IMG/VR virus record: IMGVR_UViG_3300023202_000163
Span: 14,117-78,116 of that record
DNA length: 64,000 bases
From: a virus
Strand: one strand, 5' to 3'
The notes below the pieces were generated by a model, which worked only from the letters and a program-made list of their open reading frames with translations, made no database searches and was not told the origin of the DNA. Shown in pieces: positions 27,309 to 44,413 of the stretch. The position numbers and the translations under genes were made by a program. Positions within the stretch are counted from its first letter, which is position 1, and every line of letters begins with the position of its first letter.

Positions 27309-29603
27309 ATGGATCTAAACAAAGTACGAAAAGCTCTAGGACATGATGTTAAAGCAGGGACCCCCGGAGAACTTGACCCCGCTGTCGGGCCCGGTGGCGG
27401 AACCCATAACACCGATATAGAAATTGCCGACGATGTGGTGAAACTAGTAGACACTAATTCCCCCGACACGAAAGACCTTGAGACTCGTGCATACGAAGGA
27501 GGAACCGAAGAAGACGGAACTCTTCCTCCTTATGACGGAGAATCTAGTGTTGATGGAATTCCCACTATCCCGGACACACTAGCGGCTGCCGAAGGTAGCG
27601 ACGCTGGGGACAAACAAAAAAATAAAGGTGGCGGTGGTCCTTCAGTACAACTGCCCGATACATTGGAGGATGAAGTGGCCGTGGATCCTAAAGACCCTCA
27701 CGCATCTGCCGCAGTTGCACTAACAACTGACGACGTTTCAGATCTTAGAAAAATTATGGCAGAGCCTACTTCTGAGAATATCAAGAGGGCTGTAGCGGCT
27801 CTACAGTGGTTAGACAGAAATCCTCGCCACGCCAAGCGTTCCACAGTGCAGGCCGGCATCGACAATTGGCAGCCTACTTTAGCACAGGCTAATGAGACCC
27901 AGGCTCGCTATGGTTTCGAATATTTACATACAGAAGCTGCTGCGGAAAAGGGTAATTCTGAAAAAACTAAAAAAGTAATGTCTTGGCTGAAGAAATATCT
28001 AACATCCAAAAAGATTTCTATAGCCCGAGAATTTCTCTCTTCCGAAGAGGCTAAAACCAACAAAGAACTAGCACGACAGATAAGAGCATGGCTTGTAGAG
28101 GCTGTGGATCAGGTTACTGAAAATAAAGAAGATGTAGGACTGGAAGACATCACTCTGTACGGGCCTCAAAATGGAAGCTCTGCTCATCTACCAGGAAAGG
28201 AAGATGGTGGTTTTACAGAGCCTAAAGTTGTGTCTGTTGAGGACGTACCGTTTAAAGACCCCGCCCGACACCCCGCAGAAGCAGGAGCAGAGGTAGACGA
28301 GCAAACAGGTTCTCCTTCCCAGGATCCTGAGGCTGTTGATTCTGACTCTTTCAAAGCAAAAAATCACGATCGAGCCAAAGAAACTCATACACCGACTGCT
28401 GGCAAGAAAGCCCATGCTATGGGTATGGGTATGGACATGGGGCATGCTATGCCGGAAGAAGTAACAGAACCTCCTGTTCCTGGCATGCCCGGACCGATGG
28501 GTGCTCCCGAAGAGGCTCCGCTTCCTCAGATGCCGGGCATGGATCCTGGTATGGACCATGGTTTAGGACTAGAGCCACAAGAAGGCCTACCCCCAGTCCT
28601 TCCTGAAGAAGGCGACCCTGCTGCGGCTATGGGCCCAATGGGTGGTCACGGCGGAGGTGCTCCTATGGCTCCGGCCGCTGGACCGGACGCAGATCACAAT
28701 ATGGGAGATATGGGCCAATCCCTAGAGGAATGGCTACAGGAGGAGCTTATGGAACCCGGTCACCAGGACCCTGCTGAGTCCGCTCATGTAGAAATGCTTT
28801 CTAACTTTGATGAAATTGGCCCTGTTACTTCTGATGATGTTGTAATGGCCCTTTACGGTGAGGATCAGGAGAATCCACACTGGAATATCGACATCAAGGG
28901 AAGACCAGTGGCTCGCGTTGAGCTGTCAGATCAGCCCAAGCCTGAGGAAGTAAGAAGTACATTCCTAAGTGCTCCTTACGCTGAGAATATCGCCCAAGCC
29001 ATGGCAAAGGTAGGTGTTTCTGAGGTTCTTGAAGCTATCAATGCTAAGCCCTATGCTGCTAAAGTAGAAGTAGGTGCCTTGGCGGATAAAATCCGAGCTA
29101 AGGTGGCTGCGGAACACGAAGCTAAGTACGCAAAAGCAGTAGGGGAACTTAGAGAAAGATTCTTGACTGCTGCTAAAATTGCCCTATCTGGTTATAACTC
29201 TAATTTCTTCAGAGGTGAAGATCATCAACTCAAAGCTGCTCTTTGGAGCGAGCTGAAGAGACTCGGTGTTCGTGATGCTGCTGGAGTTATAGAAGCTTCT
29301 TTTGAGGAAGGAGCAGTACCGTTCTTTGAGGCGGTACTCTCCAAGGCTGAAGAACTGATGGATCTGCCTACGGAGGCTCGCGAAGCCATTGCTAGAGCTA
29401 TCCCTCAGAGTAATGCCCTTGTGGCGGCAAGTGCCGACTCCGGGGAAGAATTGCCCGAGCACGAGACTCTCGCCTCTGTTCTGGAATCGGGGAATGTACC
29501 TTTTACAGCTCCTAGAGCTGACAATCAGGTAATTTCTTCTCGATCCGAGTTCCGAGACGGTCTACGAGCCCGGGTTCGTCTATCAACGTATCGGTCTAGC
29601 TAA
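27309..29603 (+). CDS. Capsid scaffold/prohead core protein
   Basis: 764 aa, acidic and Pro/Gly-rich with helical C-terminus; between protease and capsid genes. Confidence 0.65.
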   Translation: MDLNKVRKALGHDVKAGTPGELDPAVGPGGGTHNTDIEIADDVVKLVDTNSPDTKDLETRAYEGGTEEDGTLPPYDGESSVDGIPTIPDTLAAAEGSDAGDKQKNKGGGGPSVQLPDTLEDEVAVDPKDPHASAAVALTTDDVSDLRKIMAEPTSENIKRAVAALQWLDRNPRHAKRSTVQAGIDNWQPTLAQANETQARYGFEYLHTEAAAEKGNSEKTKKVMSWLKKYLTSKKISIAREFLSSEEAKTNKELARQIRAWLVEAVDQVTENKEDVGLEDITLYGPQNGSSAHLPGKEDGGFTEPKVVSVEDVPFKDPARHPAEAGAEVDEQTGSPSQDPEAVDSDSFKAKNHDRAKETHTPTAGKKAHAMGMGMDMGHAMPEEVTEPPVPGMPGPMGAPEEAPLPQMPGMDPGMDHGLGLEPQEGLPPVLPEEGDPAAAMGPMGGHGGGAPMAPAAGPDADHNMGDMGQSLEEWLQEELMEPGHQDPAESAHVEMLSNFDEIGPVTSDDVVMALYGEDQENPHWNIDIKGRPVARVELSDQPKPEEVRSTFLSAPYAENIAQAMAKVGVSEVLEAINAKPYAAKVEVGALADKIRAKVAAEHEAKYAKAVGELRERFLTAAKIALSGYNSNFFRGEDHQLKAALWSELKRLGVRDAAGVIEASFEEGAVPFFEAVLSKAEELMDLPTEAREAIARAIPQSNALVAASADSGEELPEHETLASVLESGNVPFTAPRADNQVISSRSEFRDGLRARVRLSTYRSS

Positions 29604-29659
29604 TTATACTTATAGTTATAATTAAAAGTTAGCCACAAGAAAAGGAAAAGGAATACAAT

Positions 29660-30379
29660 ATGTCCTACGATCTTAAACGAAGTCATTTCTCTATAATTCT
29701 AGAGAAAGAAGTTCTTCCTGGTGAGGTTCTTACCGAGGAAGGTGTCCTATTAACTGCTTCTCTAGACCCTGCTACAGGCACTGAGAAGGTGGCAGCCACC
29801 GCCGGTTTAGCTACTGACGTTGTTGCTGGTTTTGCTATCCGCGATAACGCGGACAATGCTACAACCTCAGAAGTAGAGGAACTGACTGTTCCTTCTGCTC
29901 CGAATCCTCTTGTCGTGCAGCTTAGCAACAATAACCTTGTTGCTACCCAGGTTAGAGTAGTTGCTGAAACCACAGGCGCTTTGACTGAGGGTAACCCTGC
30001 TAACGCAGGTGAGTTCTCCGCTAACGATGCTACTGGTGTCCTAACCTTCAATGCTGCTGAAGCTGGTCAGGCTATTACGGTAACTTACCGCTATAACCTA
30101 ACTGTAGCAGAAGCAAGACTGAAGTTCTTCCAGAGAAACATCAACAACGAGGCAAGCGCTCTGTTTGGTCAGGTAGGCGTTGGCCATGGTCACGGTGAAA
30201 TCTTCACAGACCAGTTTGATGCTTCTGTGGATTGGGCAAGTGCTGCTACTATTAACTCTGGAGCAGGTGGTCAGGTAACATCTGGTGGAACAGGCGTGGA
30301 ACTAGACGCTCGTGTTATCAGTGTGCCTAATGTTAACAACCCACTCTTGGGTATCGCATTCGATCTTGGTGGGAACTAA
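29660..30379 (+). CDS. Capsid decoration/cement protein
   Basis: 239 aa, A/T/G/V-rich, strongly biased codons, directly before the MCP. Confidence 0.65.
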   Translation: MSYDLKRSHFSIILEKEVLPGEVLTEEGVLLTASLDPATGTEKVAATAGLATDVVAGFAIRDNADNATTSEVEELTVPSAPNPLVVQLSNNNLVATQVRVVAETTGALTEGNPANAGEFSANDATGVLTFNAAEAGQAITVTYRYNLTVAEARLKFFQRNINNEASALFGQVGVGHGHGEIFTDQFDASVDWASAATINSGAGGQVTSGGTGVELDARVISVPNVNNPLLGIAFDLGGN

Positions 30380-30401
30380 CACCAATATTGAGTAACATTA
30401 C

Positions 30402-30427
30402 CCCAGGGGTAGGAAACTACCCCTGGG
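30402..30427 (+). promoter_or_regulatory. 11-bp GAAA-tetraloop hairpin between decoration and MCP genes
   Basis: CCCAGGGGTAG-GAAA-CTACCCCTGGG, weak U tail. Confidence 0.65.
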
Positions 30428-30558
30428 TATTTAAAAACCTAGGGAGAGCAACTAGGCTGACTTATCAAGGATTATCTCGTAGCGTGACAAGTTACGAAAA
30501 CGCTCATGGTGCAAACAGTAATTATTAACTCTTAGCTTTAATAGAGGAGAAAAAACAA

Positions 30559-31695
30559 ATGGCTAAGAATCCTTATTTAGCACGTCCGGCTTATGTCGGT
30601 CGTAATGGGGACGCCCTAACCGACGGCGGCGCTCGGGCTGGTCGGCGTAATCCGCGTTCCGGCACCATGATTCAGTCTTCTACTGAGTCACTAGTTGCAG
30701 GTAACGGTGAATTAAATGCCGGCTCTAAGCGTGAGCTTATGCAGGCAATTGCGTCTCTACAGAACATGGTACAGGCTGGCGATGTACGCAGAGCCACCCC
30801 ACAGGAGCAGTACGGTGATATCGTACAGGCTCGTAGAGAACTTGTAGAAGCAGCTTACGCTGATAAAAACGGCGAGGGTTGGCAAGTTCTAGGTGAAGTA
30901 ATCGGTGAAGAAATCTGGGAAACCTTAGGACGTGAAGGTTTCGCTCGGAAGACCCTTCTTATCAAGCCTCTGGGCAAAGGTGAGACTGGTCGTCTGCGCG
31001 TTCGACGTAAGGATGTTATCTCGTTCTTCGTAACGAGTGACCCTAACGTGATTGCGTCTCAGGTTCGCCAGTTCTACATCTACCCACCCGAGTTCTATCT
31101 GATTGCGCACATCACGCTTGAGGACAAAGAAATCGAGCAGGCTTCCGGAGACCTTCTGGACGACAAGTACCAGGACGGACTTGAGCAGATCATGGTTCGT
31201 GAGGACAACGTATGGCGTAATCTAATTAACGCTGCTGCGGGTGCTTCTAACGACTTGTTCCTGTTCAACACCTTTACACCGACTGTGTTCTCTACCATGA
31301 GAACGCAGATTGCTCGGTGGGGTATTCCGGTAACCGGTGCAATCATTGCATTCGATCTCTGGGACGACATCATTGCTGACACCGAGTTCAGCACTTGGTT
31401 CGACCCGGTATCCAAGCACGAGCTTGTTCTTGAAGGCTCTCTTGGTAACATCCTTGGTGTTAACCTCATCACGGACGCTTTCCGACACGATACCTTGCAG
31501 GTTCTACAGCCCGGCGAAGTTTACTTCGTAGGTGCTCCGCAGACCCTTGGTGGTATCACTCAGCGGAAAGAGCTAGCTACCGAGTCCATCAACAAGTACA
31601 ATCAGGGTAAACCTGAGCGTGGTTGGTTCATGGAAACCATCGAGGGCATGTCAATTGTGAACTCAAGAGCTGTCACAAGGGGCAATAGAGTCTAA
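30559..31695 (+). CDS. Major capsid protein
   Basis: 378 aa, strongest codon bias in the window, GAGGAG RBS; HK97-type motifs REGFARKTL, PPEFYLIA, IMVRED, GNILGVNLITD, PGEVYFV. Confidence 0.85.
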   Translation: MAKNPYLARPAYVGRNGDALTDGGARAGRRNPRSGTMIQSSTESLVAGNGELNAGSKRELMQAIASLQNMVQAGDVRRATPQEQYGDIVQARRELVEAAYADKNGEGWQVLGEVIGEEIWETLGREGFARKTLLIKPLGKGETGRLRVRRKDVISFFVTSDPNVIASQVRQFYIYPPEFYLIAHITLEDKEIEQASGDLLDDKYQDGLEQIMVREDNVWRNLINAAAGASNDLFLFNTFTPTVFSTMRTQIARWGIPVTGAIIAFDLWDDIIADTEFSTWFDPVSKHELVLEGSLGNILGVNLITDAFRHDTLQVLQPGEVYFVGAPQTLGGITQRKELATESINKYNQGKPERGWFMETIEGMSIVNSRAVTRGNRV

Positions 31696-31785
31696 GCAAT
31701 TTCAATGACTTAAAGCTATATTTGCTTATTATGGTAAAAATAGTTACGAGTTTAGTTGCACATAGACAAATAAAGACCTAAGTGG

Positions 31786-31821
31786 GGCCGGGATAGGAAA
31801 CTATCCCGGCCTTATCTTTTT
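31786..31821 (+). terminator. Rho-independent terminator after MCP
   Basis: GGCCGGGATAG-GAAA-CTATCCCGGCC followed by TTATCTTTTT. Confidence 0.85.
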
Positions 31822-31854
31822 AAGGCGGAAAATAAAGAAATTTGCTTTTAAGGG

Positions 31855-31882
31855 TTGCATCTATCGTAATCTGTGCTATAAT
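31855..31882 (+). promoter_or_regulatory. Sigma70-type promoter for the HNH gene
   Basis: TTGCAT, 16 nt, TATAAT with extended -10 TG. Confidence 0.65.
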
Positions 31883-31921
31883 ATCTTAGAAATATTGTTA
31901 ATTTTGACTTAGGAGTTATAT

Positions 31922-33022
31922 ATGGCTAAAGCAGATCGTGGACATGCTGATAAATTCAAAGAAATTGATGGAGAATTAAATAAAATATGCCCTACTTGTG
32001 AAAGTAGAAATAGAGATCCATGGCATCCTCTTACAGGAGCTTATTATGGGGTGAGGAAACACGCATCAACTGGTTTTCAATCCAGATGTAAAAAATGTTT
32101 CTACGAAGATCGGAAAGTTAAAAGATCTACCCAATCCGTGAGTCAGCTAGAAAAGCCTCTAAAGAAAACCTGTAAGAACTGTCCTAAATGTAAGCAATGG
32201 AAACCCCATGCCGAGTTTTATAAAAACAAAAATAAAGCAGATGATCTATCTTCTGAGTGTAAAGAATGCAATAAAAAAGCTGTTGCTGCTAACACCAAAA
32301 AGAAGAGACAAGCCAAAATATTAGAGCTTTCTAAACAATCCCCTAAGACCACAAAGTTTTGTCCTGATTGCGGCGAAGAAAGACCGTTTTCGGAATTCGG
32401 AAAACGTTCAGACAGAAAAGACGGATTTAAGCCCTATTGTAAGAAACACACGAACGAGAGACAAAAACAATATTATCACGAAAACCCAGAATTTGCTGAT
32501 AAAAATAGAGCTGCTTCTCGAAAATGGGCTAAGGACAATCCAGAAAAGCACAACGCTAAAACTAAACGGTGGTACCACGAGAACGAAGATAATATCGCTA
32601 AGAGAAACAAAATATCTCTTGAATGGCACTCTCAAAACAAAGAAAGAGTTAGAACTAGGCAGAGAGTATACGAAAAAGAAAGATACAATTCAGACCCTAA
32701 CTACAAACTTAGAAAGCTCCTGCGCAGTCGAATTTATAACATTTTTCGGTCCGCAGCTAGAACAGGCGACAAAGCAGGCTCTCACGTAAAAGATCTAGGA
32801 TGTTCTATCGAGGAGCTTATTTCTTACATAGAAGCCAAATTTGCCCCTGGAATGTCTTGGGACAATCATGGAACTGTCTGGGAATTGGATCACATTGAGC
32901 CGTTGGCTTCGTTTGATCTAACAGACAGAGACCAATTTTTGGAGGCATGCTGCTACACTAATTTGCAGCCTCTTACTATCGAAGAGCATTTAGAAAAAAC
33001 CAGTAAAGAAGTTGGCAGATAA
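31922..33022 (+). CDS. Free-standing HNH homing endonuclease with three Zn-finger repeats
   Basis: CxxC...CKxC repeats; C-terminal LGCSIEEL...GMSWDNHG..WELDHIEPL...YTNLQPL; AGGAG RBS. Confidence 0.9.
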   Translation: MAKADRGHADKFKEIDGELNKICPTCESRNRDPWHPLTGAYYGVRKHASTGFQSRCKKCFYEDRKVKRSTQSVSQLEKPLKKTCKNCPKCKQWKPHAEFYKNKNKADDLSSECKECNKKAVAANTKKKRQAKILELSKQSPKTTKFCPDCGEERPFSEFGKRSDRKDGFKPYCKKHTNERQKQYYHENPEFADKNRAASRKWAKDNPEKHNAKTKRWYHENEDNIAKRNKISLEWHSQNKERVRTRQRVYEKERYNSDPNYKLRKLLRSRIYNIFRSAARTGDKAGSHVKDLGCSIEELISYIEAKFAPGMSWDNHGTVWELDHIEPLASFDLTDRDQFLEACCYTNLQPLTIEEHLEKTSKEVGR

Positions 33023-33178
33023 TCTTTAGAATCTCTTATTTCTTATTTAGAAGTTGACCGCAAAAATGAATAAAATAGGGAAATAATTATATTAAATCTC
33101 TAATCTCTATTAGAGACATGTCGTTAAAAACCTACAACCATTATTTACAAATGGTCACAAATATAAACCCGAATAACC
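33023..33178 (+). pseudogene. Decayed remnant of a related HNH endonuclease 3' end
   Basis: Fragments SLESLISYLE, LETC and NLQPL match SIEELISYIE, LEAC and NLQPL of the intact gene, in order, with stops and deletions. Confidence 0.65.
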
Positions 33179-33183
33179 AATAT

Positions 33184-33212
33184 TTGTGCATTTGTTAGAA
33201 ATATGGTACAAT
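33184..33212 (+). promoter_or_regulatory. Possible sigma70-type promoter
   Basis: TTGTGC, 17 nt, TACAAT with extended -10 TG. Confidence 0.45.
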
Positions 33213-33265
33213 TAGATATACTAATCTCTTATGTATAGACTAAGAGATTTGAATAGGAGAAAAAT

Positions 33266-33592
33266 ATGACCCGGGCACGTAGACTTCTTACTCTGGCTTA
33301 CAGAGCCAATCAGAGAGGCGAAACAGAAATTGCTTCAAGAATTGCTACTATGGCATTCGCCCAAGAAGATGCTGCTTCTTTGTTCGAAGAAATTAACTCC
33401 GAAACAGAAATAGCAGACGAGTCAGTCAGTACGGTACGAAAAGCGGAAGCTTTGCTACGAACAGCAGAAGCCTCCACGGATGGAGATGTTCTTACTGCTG
33501 AAGGTAAAAGAAGTATCTTAGCTATTGCAGAAAAAGCACATAAAGCAGGATTTCCTAAAGTTGCGAAATCTTTAGTTCGTGTAGCCTATTAA
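33266..33592 (+). CDS. Small helical protein with two helix-Gly-helix tags
   Basis: LAYRANQRGETEIASRI and IAEKAHKAGFPKVAKSL; AGGAG RBS. Confidence 0.8.
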   Translation: MTRARRLLTLAYRANQRGETEIASRIATMAFAQEDAASLFEEINSETEIADESVSTVRKAEALLRTAEASTDGDVLTAEGKRSILAIAEKAHKAGFPKVAKSLVRVAY

Positions 33593-33677
33593 TTTATATT
33601 AAAGGAAAGACGAAATAAGAAAAGGCAGCCTTATCCTGTTATAAGGTGCTTTAGAATAAGAGTAAAGGACGATATAA

Positions 33678-34865
<1,188 letters not shown>

Positions 34866-34968
34866 TAGAGTATAAACAGAACCAATGCTTATGTTTATTA
34901 TAGTGAATGCGAGCCCTGCCGCTTGATAGCAGAGGCGCATTAGAATATAACGCTCAATGCGAGACTAG

Positions 34969-40826
<5,858 letters not shown>

Positions 40827-40832
40827 GAGATA

Positions 40833-41738
40833 GTGAGTAATAATCTGATTTATATTCCATCTTCCTTTATTTCTTTGCCGGAAAATCAGGTTTCGTTGCT
40901 GATAAATGAAGACAGAACTTTAGAGACTTTCACAGGCAGTCAGGGAAACCCCACACCTGGAGAAGGTAAGCACAATTTAAATACTGCGGTAGGCGGAGAA
41001 CAAAACCTTGGTTTTGGTGACGGGTCTACTCTAAGTATGTGGTTAAAATCTACATTTGCGGGCCCTAGCGCCCCAGAAAGATGGTCATTTACCTTAGAAT
41101 CCGTTTTTTCCATGATTATCGATAATTCTACTAAGGTTACAGAGATTAATTATGGCTCATTAGTGCGAGATACACAATTTTTCGCTGATTTTTTTGAAAG
41201 CCAAAATTTGAGTAATTATCCTTTCAGTACTAGTGGCGTTTGGTCTCACGTTGTAATACAAACCCCAATTTTTCCAGATAATAACATAAGAGTATGGTCT
41301 AATGGTACAGAGCTTACGCCGAATTCTATTTCCTTTTTTGGCAATGCTGGAATTTCTTTCGCCCCACGCGCTGTTGTGCTAGGAAACACCGGACCTTTTG
41401 CACCTGGTTTTGGTCCGACCAATCAACCTTTCCGAGGAAATTTAGGGCACATTGCGATGTGGAATGTACAATTAGACCAAACAAATATAAATGAAATATT
41501 TAACCCTTCGGTTGGAAAACCATTCGATTTAGATTTGAACAGTAATTCTGGTGGTTATAATCAGTCAGCGAACTTAGTCCAATATTGGAAGCCCGGAGCC
41601 ATTAACAATATAAATCAATTTGGGGATTCTTTTAAAACCGGAGGACATAACCTACAGAATGGCTCTGACTTCAATGGATTAACCGCTTGGACCGTACAGA
41701 TCCCATTAGTAAATCGTGTAGCTGACGTGCCTGTATAA
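40833..41738 (+). CDS. LamG/concanavalin A-like lectin-fold protein
   Basis: TLSMWLK, WSHVVI, IRVWSNG, VVLGN, FRGNLGHIAMWNVQL..TNINEIFN; GTG start after AGGAG. Confidence 0.8.
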   Translation: MSNNLIYIPSSFISLPENQVSLLINEDRTLETFTGSQGNPTPGEGKHNLNTAVGGEQNLGFGDGSTLSMWLKSTFAGPSAPERWSFTLESVFSMIIDNSTKVTEINYGSLVRDTQFFADFFESQNLSNYPFSTSGVWSHVVIQTPIFPDNNIRVWSNGTELTPNSISFFGNAGISFAPRAVVLGNTGPFAPGFGPTNQPFRGNLGHIAMWNVQLDQTNINEIFNPSVGKPFDLDLNSNSGGYNQSANLVQYWKPGAINNINQFGDSFKTGGHNLQNGSDFNGLTAWTVQIPLVNRVADVPV

Positions 41739-41825
41739 TTGCTAATACAAATTAAAGGACTCCGTAGCCCTATAGTATTATTTAATATAGGAAGAACAAA
41801 ATTAAATAAAGAGTTTAATAATTTA

Positions 41826-42143
41826 ATGGAACCAACTAAGCGATACATAGTAGTTGTACTGGAGCCTGTAAAAAAAACCAGGACGAGCGAAGTTGTCGGT
41901 AATTTAGGGCAAGCTTTAAGAACTGCTGATATTTATCCAACAAGGCCCAGCGTAATATTTAGCGGCCCTACTAAAATGTTGGTACACGCAAAAGAAGCTT
42001 TGACCATACCTAAACAAAAATGGTTAAACACAAAAACATTTTTAGCACATTGTTACGCTATCGCTGCACTATTTGGGTTTAAGGTAGAAGTTATACAAAA
42101 TGCAACAACATGGGACGTAAACAAAGCTAAGGAAATTGTATAA
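41826..42143 (+). CDS. Hypothetical protein
   Basis: ATG at 41826 ([10 protein letters not shown]) preferred to TTG at 41739; stop overlaps next start. Confidence 0.55.
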   Translation: MEPTKRYIVVVLEPVKKTRTSEVVGNLGQALRTADIYPTRPSVIFSGPTKMLVHAKEALTIPKQKWLNTKTFLAHCYAIAALFGFKVEVIQNATTWDVNKAKEIV

Positions 42144-44371
42144 TGGCACAAAACCCAGAAGATGCATTCGATACAGAAGAGGGGGCTTTAGGGGGTGGAG
42201 GCAGCGGCGGAAGCAGCCCAACAGCCTCTACTTCAGGACCTACTCCGCACAGAACACCAGTTTCTGACTTAACAGCACTTCAAGCAATATCCGATGGCAG
42301 AACAGGAGAAGTAGTTCTTGTTATCTCCAACAATACACTATATTCTCTGAACACCGATTTAACTTCTGCTCCTACAGGCTCTGTGCCAAGCCAAAGTGGT
42401 GGCTTTTGGGTTCCTGTCGGTACTGTCGGACCTACAGGTCCCCCAGGACCTCCGGGCGCGCCCACAGGAGAGACAGGAGAACGAGGACCTACTGGACCAC
42501 AAGGAGTAGGTTTAGTTGGTCCTACCGGAGTTACTGGAGATGTTGGCCCCACGGGACCTAGAGGTTTCCGCGGCTTAGCAGGCTCAACGGGAAATTCCGG
42601 CACTACAGGACCTACTGGAGTATCGGTTACTGGGCCCACAGGATCTACTGGCTCTACGGGAGTTACAGGGACTACTGGAAATCCTGGACCTATGGGCCCT
42701 CCCGGACAAATAGGAAACACTGGGGCAGGAGAGACAGGAGCCACGGGACCTACAGGTTCTCAAGGACTTCAAGGCTCTACCGGTTTTACAGGCCCCCCAG
42801 GACCTCCTGGAGCAACAAACGGAAGCACAGGCCCGACCGGCCCCACAGGTCCTACGGGCTCTACTGGCCCTACCGGCCCGACCGGTCTACAGGGAGTTAC
42901 AGGAGAAAAAGGCGCTACTGACGGCGCAACCGGAGCTACCGGCCCTACTGGAAATGATGGAAACACTGGACCCCAGGGTCCGGTAGGCTCTATTGGACCT
43001 ACCGGAGAGACAGGAGCCAAAGGAGAGACAGGACCTATAGGCCCTCAAGGAAATACCGGAGAGGCTCCTCCTAATATTGTTTTAACGGACGGATCTACTC
43101 CTATTTTAAGCACACAAGAAATACAGGACGGTATAGGTATAGGCACCTCTATTGTGTCCTCTAATCAAGCTATCAATTCCTTAAAAACCTCTACATCTTC
43201 CTTAGCAATTTTTAGAACCTCTAATCCAGGTTCCAATTCTGTCTTAGAATTGCGTTCTCAAGACGGCTCTGAAATATTTAGATTTTCAAAAAACAGTACT
43301 AAATGGAGTCTTAGAAACGACGAAACTGATAATTTTAGAATTGATAATCCCGGGGGATCAGCAATTTTTCAAATAGAGCCAGGAATTACGCAAAAAGCTA
43401 TACATATAGATTCCACAGGAGAAGTAGGCATAGGTACTTCCAACCCAGTCACAAAACTGGATGTAAACGGTGGAATCACTTCCAGAGGAAATTTAGTAGT
43501 TCAGAATAATTCTGGTGCTCCCGAAACAACATCCACAATAAAAATTGATAGCGGTTTAAGTAATGTACAAAATTCCGATTTAGCTTTGTCTGATAGAGGT
43601 ACAAATAATTGGACTCTACGAAAAAATGTATTTAACGATTTTGTGCTAGTAGATAACGTAAATGGGCTATTCCCCTTAGTTGTGGTGAAGGGTGCAGCTA
43701 CAAATACAATTAGAGTTGCCGCCAACAGTACTGTTGGTATAGGTACAGACACTCCTACAGCAAAATTAGAAGTCATCGGATCCTTTAAAGCGACGAGTGC
43801 AGAAATTGGTGGAAATTTAAGTTCTTCTGGATTTTTTGCAACCAACATAACAGCTCTAAATATTTTAACTTTAACTGCCGGAACTATTAGTGACGGAGCG
43901 TCGAAAAATATAAATATATTTGAATCTGTAGTACCTTCAGGAGCTGTGCTGCCTTTTGCTAGTAATACAGTGCCTAATGGTTGGATTCTTTGTGATGGAC
44001 AAGCAATTAGTAGAGCAGGGTTTTCGGGGTTATTTTCCGCAATTGGAACAACCTACGGTGCAGGGGATGGAATTACTACATTTAACGTACCTGATTTAAG
44101 ATCCAGAGTACCTGTTGGTAAATTAACGGGCGATTCTGATTTTAATGCACTTAATGACCAAGGAGGAGAGAAGACACATACTCTTACTGAGCAGGAAATG
44201 CCTTCTCACACCCACGATATTCAAACTAATACAAGTAATTTTAATGGTTCTTTCACTCTTACAGGATTTAATGTTCAAGGACCCAATACCCAAACACTGG
44301 CCGCTGGTGGAGACCAGCCGCACAATAATCTTCAACCCTTTATCGTTTTAAATTACATTATAAAAACGTAG
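42143..44371 (+). CDS. Collagen-like fibre 4 with phage tail-collar domain
   Basis: AFDTEE tag, collagen, fibre repeats, C-terminal PSGAVLPFA...PNGWILCDG...[13 protein letters not shown]...[16 protein letters not shown]. Confidence 0.9.
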   Translation: MAQNPEDAFDTEEGALGGGGSGGSSPTASTSGPTPHRTPVSDLTALQAISDGRTGEVVLVISNNTLYSLNTDLTSAPTGSVPSQSGGFWVPVGTVGPTGPPGPPGAPTGETGERGPTGPQGVGLVGPTGVTGDVGPTGPRGFRGLAGSTGNSGTTGPTGVSVTGPTGSTGSTGVTGTTGNPGPMGPPGQIGNTGAGETGATGPTGSQGLQGSTGFTGPPGPPGATNGSTGPTGPTGPTGSTGPTGPTGLQGVTGEKGATDGATGATGPTGNDGNTGPQGPVGSIGPTGETGAKGETGPIGPQGNTGEAPPNIVLTDGSTPILSTQEIQDGIGIGTSIVSSNQAINSLKTSTSSLAIFRTSNPGSNSVLELRSQDGSEIFRFSKNSTKWSLRNDETDNFRIDNPGGSAIFQIEPGITQKAIHIDSTGEVGIGTSNPVTKLDVNGGITSRGNLVVQNNSGAPETTSTIKIDSGLSNVQNSDLALSDRGTNNWTLRKNVFNDFVLVDNVNGLFPLVVVKGAATNTIRVAANSTVGIGTDTPTAKLEVIGSFKATSAEIGGNLSSSGFFATNITALNILTLTAGTISDGASKNINIFESVVPSGAVLPFASNTVPNGWILCDGQAISRAGFSGLFSAIGTTYGAGDGITTFNVPDLRSRVPVGKLTGDSDFNALNDQGGEKTHTLTEQEMPSHTHDIQTNTSNFNGSFTLTGFNVQGPNTQTLAAGGDQPHNNLQPFIVLNYIIKT

Positions 44372-44413
44372 ATTATCCTTTATCAAGAGAGCCAAAAACA
44401 GGTAGATGCGTAA

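Noticed and set aside
478-32789. Short ORFs nested in or antisense to inteins, TerL, portal, scaffold, MCP and HNH genes
   Set aside because: Fully overlapped by well-supported genes and lacking motifs or RBS.
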